DNA of 64,000 nt from Alphaproteobacteria bacterium (GTDB lineage Bacteria > Pseudomonadota > Alphaproteobacteria > SHVV01), in assembly GCA_965261735.1 (NCBI GenBank), contig OZ253470.1:4122980-4186979 (forward strand), read 5' to 3'. Shown piece after piece: positions 61,017 through 64,000 of the stretch (position 1 is the stretch's first letter; each line of letters begins with the position of its first letter). The notes under the pieces are model-generated. The model worked only from the letters and a program-made list of their open reading frames with translations, had not been told where the DNA came from and did not search any database. The position numbers were made by a program, and so were the translations under genes.

Positions 61017-61332
61017 CGTCAAGTCTCTCATTGTGTGTATGCCGTGCCCGGCGGCGATAACGGCAATCCAAAAGCACTATCGCCGCCTGTAGCGCTCATG
61101 GGAACGCCATTCTTGAGCATCCGAAAGGCCAATTGCGCCACGTTACTGGCGTAATAACCTAAACTTCAACACCTGTCGGATTTTCCGGGGCCACCCCACC
61201 ATCTGATCAGCAGGGGGGGGTGCTAGGGTGCGCCGTATTGGTAACTGATTGATATAAAGCTAATTTTTGATATACCTCTTAAAGCAGCTGGAATTCCTGG
61301 GTTGCTCCCGCATTTTGAGGAAGGATCGCGAA

Positions 61333-61704
61333 ATGATCGGAAACTTGATTCTAGGTGCAAACGATATTGAACGCGCTGGCCGGTTCTATGATTCGCTTCT
61401 CGGGGATATCGGAGCGAAGCGGACAACGGAAGCAGAAACTTTCATCCGGTGGGAGGCCCCATCGGGTGAAACGACATTCTGCGTAGCCAAGCCCTACGAT
61501 GGAGACCCGGCTACTGTAGGCAACGGCACAATGATTGCGCTCAAAGTCGAAAGCGAAGAGCAGGTGAATGCATTACATGCCAAGGCTCTTGAGCTCGGGG
61601 GGAAGGACGAGGGGGCACCCGGCCCGCGTGGCACTAGCGGATTCTACGGCGGGTATTTCAGGGACCTGGATGGAAACAAGCTGGCTTTCTACATCATGAA
61701 ATAG
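61333..61704 (+). CDS. VOC (glyoxalase/bleomycin-resistance/dioxygenase) family protein, intact paralog
   Basis: MIGNLILGANDIERAGRFYD...LAFYIMK. RBS GAAGGA. Paralog of the truncated copy at 35726. Confidence 0.7.
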   Translation: MIGNLILGANDIERAGRFYDSLLGDIGAKRTTEAETFIRWEAPSGETTFCVAKPYDGDPATVGNGTMIALKVESEEQVNALHAKALELGGKDEGAPGPRGTSGFYGGYFRDLDGNKLAFYIMK

Positions 61705-62426
61705 GAGTTGTGGGAGACCTCGCTCGGTGGCTCAAACCGTTTTCCTCTGACAACGCCGGTGCGCCGGAAGGCGTGCCGGGCCGTGGGCGGGGTATAGACC
61801 GCGCAGCCCGGCCCGACCGGCCGTCGATCTTCATCTGCCTGCGGCCGCTGAAGATGCAATAGGTCTCCTAGGGCTCGTGGTGATGAAGCAGGAGCTGTGC
61901 TTCAGGCGGGATTTCCGCGCACAAAGAACTGGGCGTCTATCATGGCGAGCTGGTTGGCAAGAGCGATGTCATGAGGGCGTTCCTGGCCCAATCCGAGGTG
62001 AGCGGTGACTATGATTTCTCGAGGATTACCGCGGTTGTGGACATGATCGTCTCGGATTGTACGGTCCTCAGGGAGTCAGTGTGGATTGCCGACCCGGAGG
62101 CGTCGTAGGCGGTGGCTGCACCTTGCAAGATCCGGGATTGTCGTGAGGTTGACGGTTCGAGACAGAAGACATCCTCCGGGCGAAGATGTCCCCGGCCTTC
62201 CGGAGTGCGCGGTCATAGGCAGCAAGAAAACCATAGACGAATGAGCCTGATCCCGCCGTCGATGCCTTCCACCCGCCCCGCGTGCGTTCACGAATCGGGG
62301 CGTGGCCTTGACGCAGCGTTGGCATTGAACCGTTCGGCGGGCTCCGGCCATGATTGCTCCATCGGTCCGATCCGGCCCGGCGCGACCCGTACCCGGCGGC
62401 TTATCAATTGCCCGGGGATATTCGCC

Positions 62427-63851
62427 ATGACCACGATCCGTTGCCTGGCCGCCGTCGCCGGTCTTCTTGTCCTCGCGTGTTGCACGCGCGTCGAGAACAC
62501 CCATCTGTCATCGCCCGTCCTGCCGATGCAGGAGCCCACCCACGCCGCGCAGGCACCGGTTCTCGACCTTGACAATATCCTGCTTGTCGGCGCGGCGGCC
62601 GCGCCCGCGGTCGATGCGCTGCCGCCGGCCGCCCGTCACGGCCGGGCTTCCGTTCACCATGGCGAGCTGCCCAACGCTGTAAGGCGGGCCGAACTGGTCG
62701 CCTATCTGCATGAGGACGCGATTTCTTACGTACCCACCGGTGCCGAGGCGGGCTTCGACGAGCAGCTGTTTCCCGACGGTCTCCTGCTGCGATTTGCGGC
62801 TGACCCGCCGATTGTCCGCGTCGCAGAAGGCACCCCGCCGGAACTCGTCGACGAGGCCGTACGCATTGTGCAGATCCTGAACATGGCCCTGCCGCGTGAC
62901 TGGCAGATCGGCTTCGGCGACGAGCCCGGACCAGCCGGGACGGCCGAGCCGGGCCCCTCGGAGGTCATTATAGCGTTCGCAGCGCAGGAGGATTGGCCGG
63001 AAGAGGTCCGGCCCCCTGAGGGCGAGGACATCGGCCTCGCCCTGCCGCGTTATGAGCTTTATGCAACCGGCGATCCGGATCGGCCCTTTAACCTCGAGAT
63101 CACGGGCGGGCGAATTTGGATCGATCCGACGCGCACCGAGGGCGACGAGCGGCTGGGCGTCATTGCCCACGAGCTCATTCATGTCCTCGGGCGCGCCCAT
63201 CCCGACCCGGCACGGTTCCCCGACAGCATCATGGTCGCAGGCGGTGGCGACGGTCCGACGGAGCACATCCTCCACCCGCTCGACCGCGCGGCGCTGCTCG
63301 CGGTCTACAGCCGTGTCGAGCCTGGCGGTACGCCGGACGCCATCGACCTCGGGCCGTGGGCCGACACCTCCACGCATATCTATGGCGTGCTCGGCCTGCC
63401 CACGGGCGAGGTCGCCTTCGGGGCGGCTTTCTCGAACGGCCTCCTACGGCCCTGGGCTTCCGGCCCAGCGCCCGACACCGCACTTGCGGAGAACCCGAGC
63501 CTTGCCGGAACCGCGCGCTGGTCTGGACGTCTACTCGGGCTTACCCCCGCGGCGGAGATTGTCGCCGGGGTCGCCGACCTCGCCGTCCACCTTGAATCCC
63601 TCGATGGCGACTTGAATTTCACCGGACTGGAATACTGGCCCGAGGGCGCCGCGCCCGGCGCCGTCGGCACGGGGTCGATGTGGCGGGACGGCGATCTCGG
63701 CTACCGCGTCGAAGTACGGGGCAACACCTTCCTCCGGGCCGGGGGAGACGCCGGAACGGTGACCGGTGCGTTCTTCGGACCGGAGCACGAGGGCATGGGC
63801 GGCGTCATCGCGCGCGAGGACCTCGCGGCCGGGTTCGGCGGTATCCGCTGA
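62427..63851 (+). CDS. Lipoprotein with metzincin-type HEXXHXXGXXH zinc-binding motif and C-terminal TbpB/fHbp-like beta-barrel domain
   Basis: Lipobox LVLACC. HELIHVLGRAH metzincin motif. C-terminal TGAFFGPEHEGMGGVI...AAGFGG resembles the surface-lipoprotein 8-strand barrel. Confidence 0.5.
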   Translation: MTTIRCLAAVAGLLVLACCTRVENTHLSSPVLPMQEPTHAAQAPVLDLDNILLVGAAAAPAVDALPPAARHGRASVHHGELPNAVRRAELVAYLHEDAISYVPTGAEAGFDEQLFPDGLLLRFAADPPIVRVAEGTPPELVDEAVRIVQILNMALPRDWQIGFGDEPGPAGTAEPGPSEVIIAFAAQEDWPEEVRPPEGEDIGLALPRYELYATGDPDRPFNLEITGGRIWIDPTRTEGDERLGVIAHELIHVLGRAHPDPARFPDSIMVAGGGDGPTEHILHPLDRAALLAVYSRVEPGGTPDAIDLGPWADTSTHIYGVLGLPTGEVAFGAAFSNGLLRPWASGPAPDTALAENPSLAGTARWSGRLLGLTPAAEIVAGVADLAVHLESLDGDLNFTGLEYWPEGAAPGAVGTGSMWRDGDLGYRVEVRGNTFLRAGGDAGTVTGAFFGPEHEGMGGVIAREDLAAGFGGIR

Positions 63852-64000
63852 TCCTTTCGGTCTCGGCGGTGCGACGCTCGCTGCTTTGTCAGGGCAGGGC
63901 CTTCGCCCCTTCTCGCACGCTATCCGCCTAAAGTCCGGCCCGGACACACGAACTGAAGTGGCTGAGACGACCGCCGAGGCAAGACGCGTAGGTCGGACGC

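Noticed and set aside
1-64000. CRISPR arrays, tRNA/rRNA genes, integron attC sites
   Set aside because: No regularly spaced direct repeats, no tRNA-like cloverleaf candidates, and no rRNA-like conserved stretches were seen on reading the sequence.

Overview
This is a high-GC (~65-70%) window from a proteobacterial chromosome, probably an alphaproteobacterium. The first ~35 kb (1-35000) is mostly ordinary core genes, while 35.7-57.3 kb is a mobile-element-rich accessory region. Core genes include a universal stress protein next to a perfect FNR/FixK-type box, a complete Zur-controlled zinc uptake locus (znuA / Zur box / zur-znuC-znuB), an archease-orf80-rtcB operon with rtcB frameshifted, alkA, two convergent amidases, DUF1194, two TauD/TfdA dioxygenases, an adenylate cyclase next to a bactofilin-like membrane protein, a frameshifted YVTN beta-propeller gene, two tandem Leu/Ile/Val-type binding-protein paralogs, a tricarballylate-like organic-acid module (prpD-like / tcuA-like / prpF-like / PEP-mutase-family lyase), a rhomboid protease, a fused nitrile-hydratase-like beta-alpha protein and two tandem MFS transporters. 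The accessory region (35.7-57.3 kb) holds a flagellin gene remnant, an IS1595-family element truncating a VOC gene, a ~6 kb low-GC foreign segment (candidate PD-(D/E)xK nuclease, N-truncated WYL-domain regulator with a 29-bp tandem duplication, ankyrin-repeat protein, small acidic and His-rich proteins), and an IS6-family element. Next comes a defense-type island: a DUF262/DUF1524 (GmrSD-like) gene with an in-frame stop, an orphan type I RM HsdS, an ABC/AAA ATPase (DUF3696-like) and an uncharacterised 322-aa partner. This is followed by a nested IS21-family element (~86-bp terminal inverted repeats, istA/istB) carrying an IS110-family element inside it, then rhlE, a frameshifted ISKra4-like transposase, and umuDC with a putative GAAC-N7-GAAT SOS box. 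The 3' end carries a TRAP binding protein, an intact VOC paralog and a metzincin-motif lipoprotein with a TbpB-like C-terminal barrel. I found no rRNA, tRNA or CRISPR arrays. Several genes carry frameshifts or nonsense codons (rtcB, YVTN, DUF262/1524, ISKra4 tnp, a degraded membrane protein), which points to gene decay or consensus errors. The best candidate for an undescribed system is the IS-bracketed ATPase + 322-aa unknown pair beside GmrSD-like and hsdS genes at ~44-50 kb.
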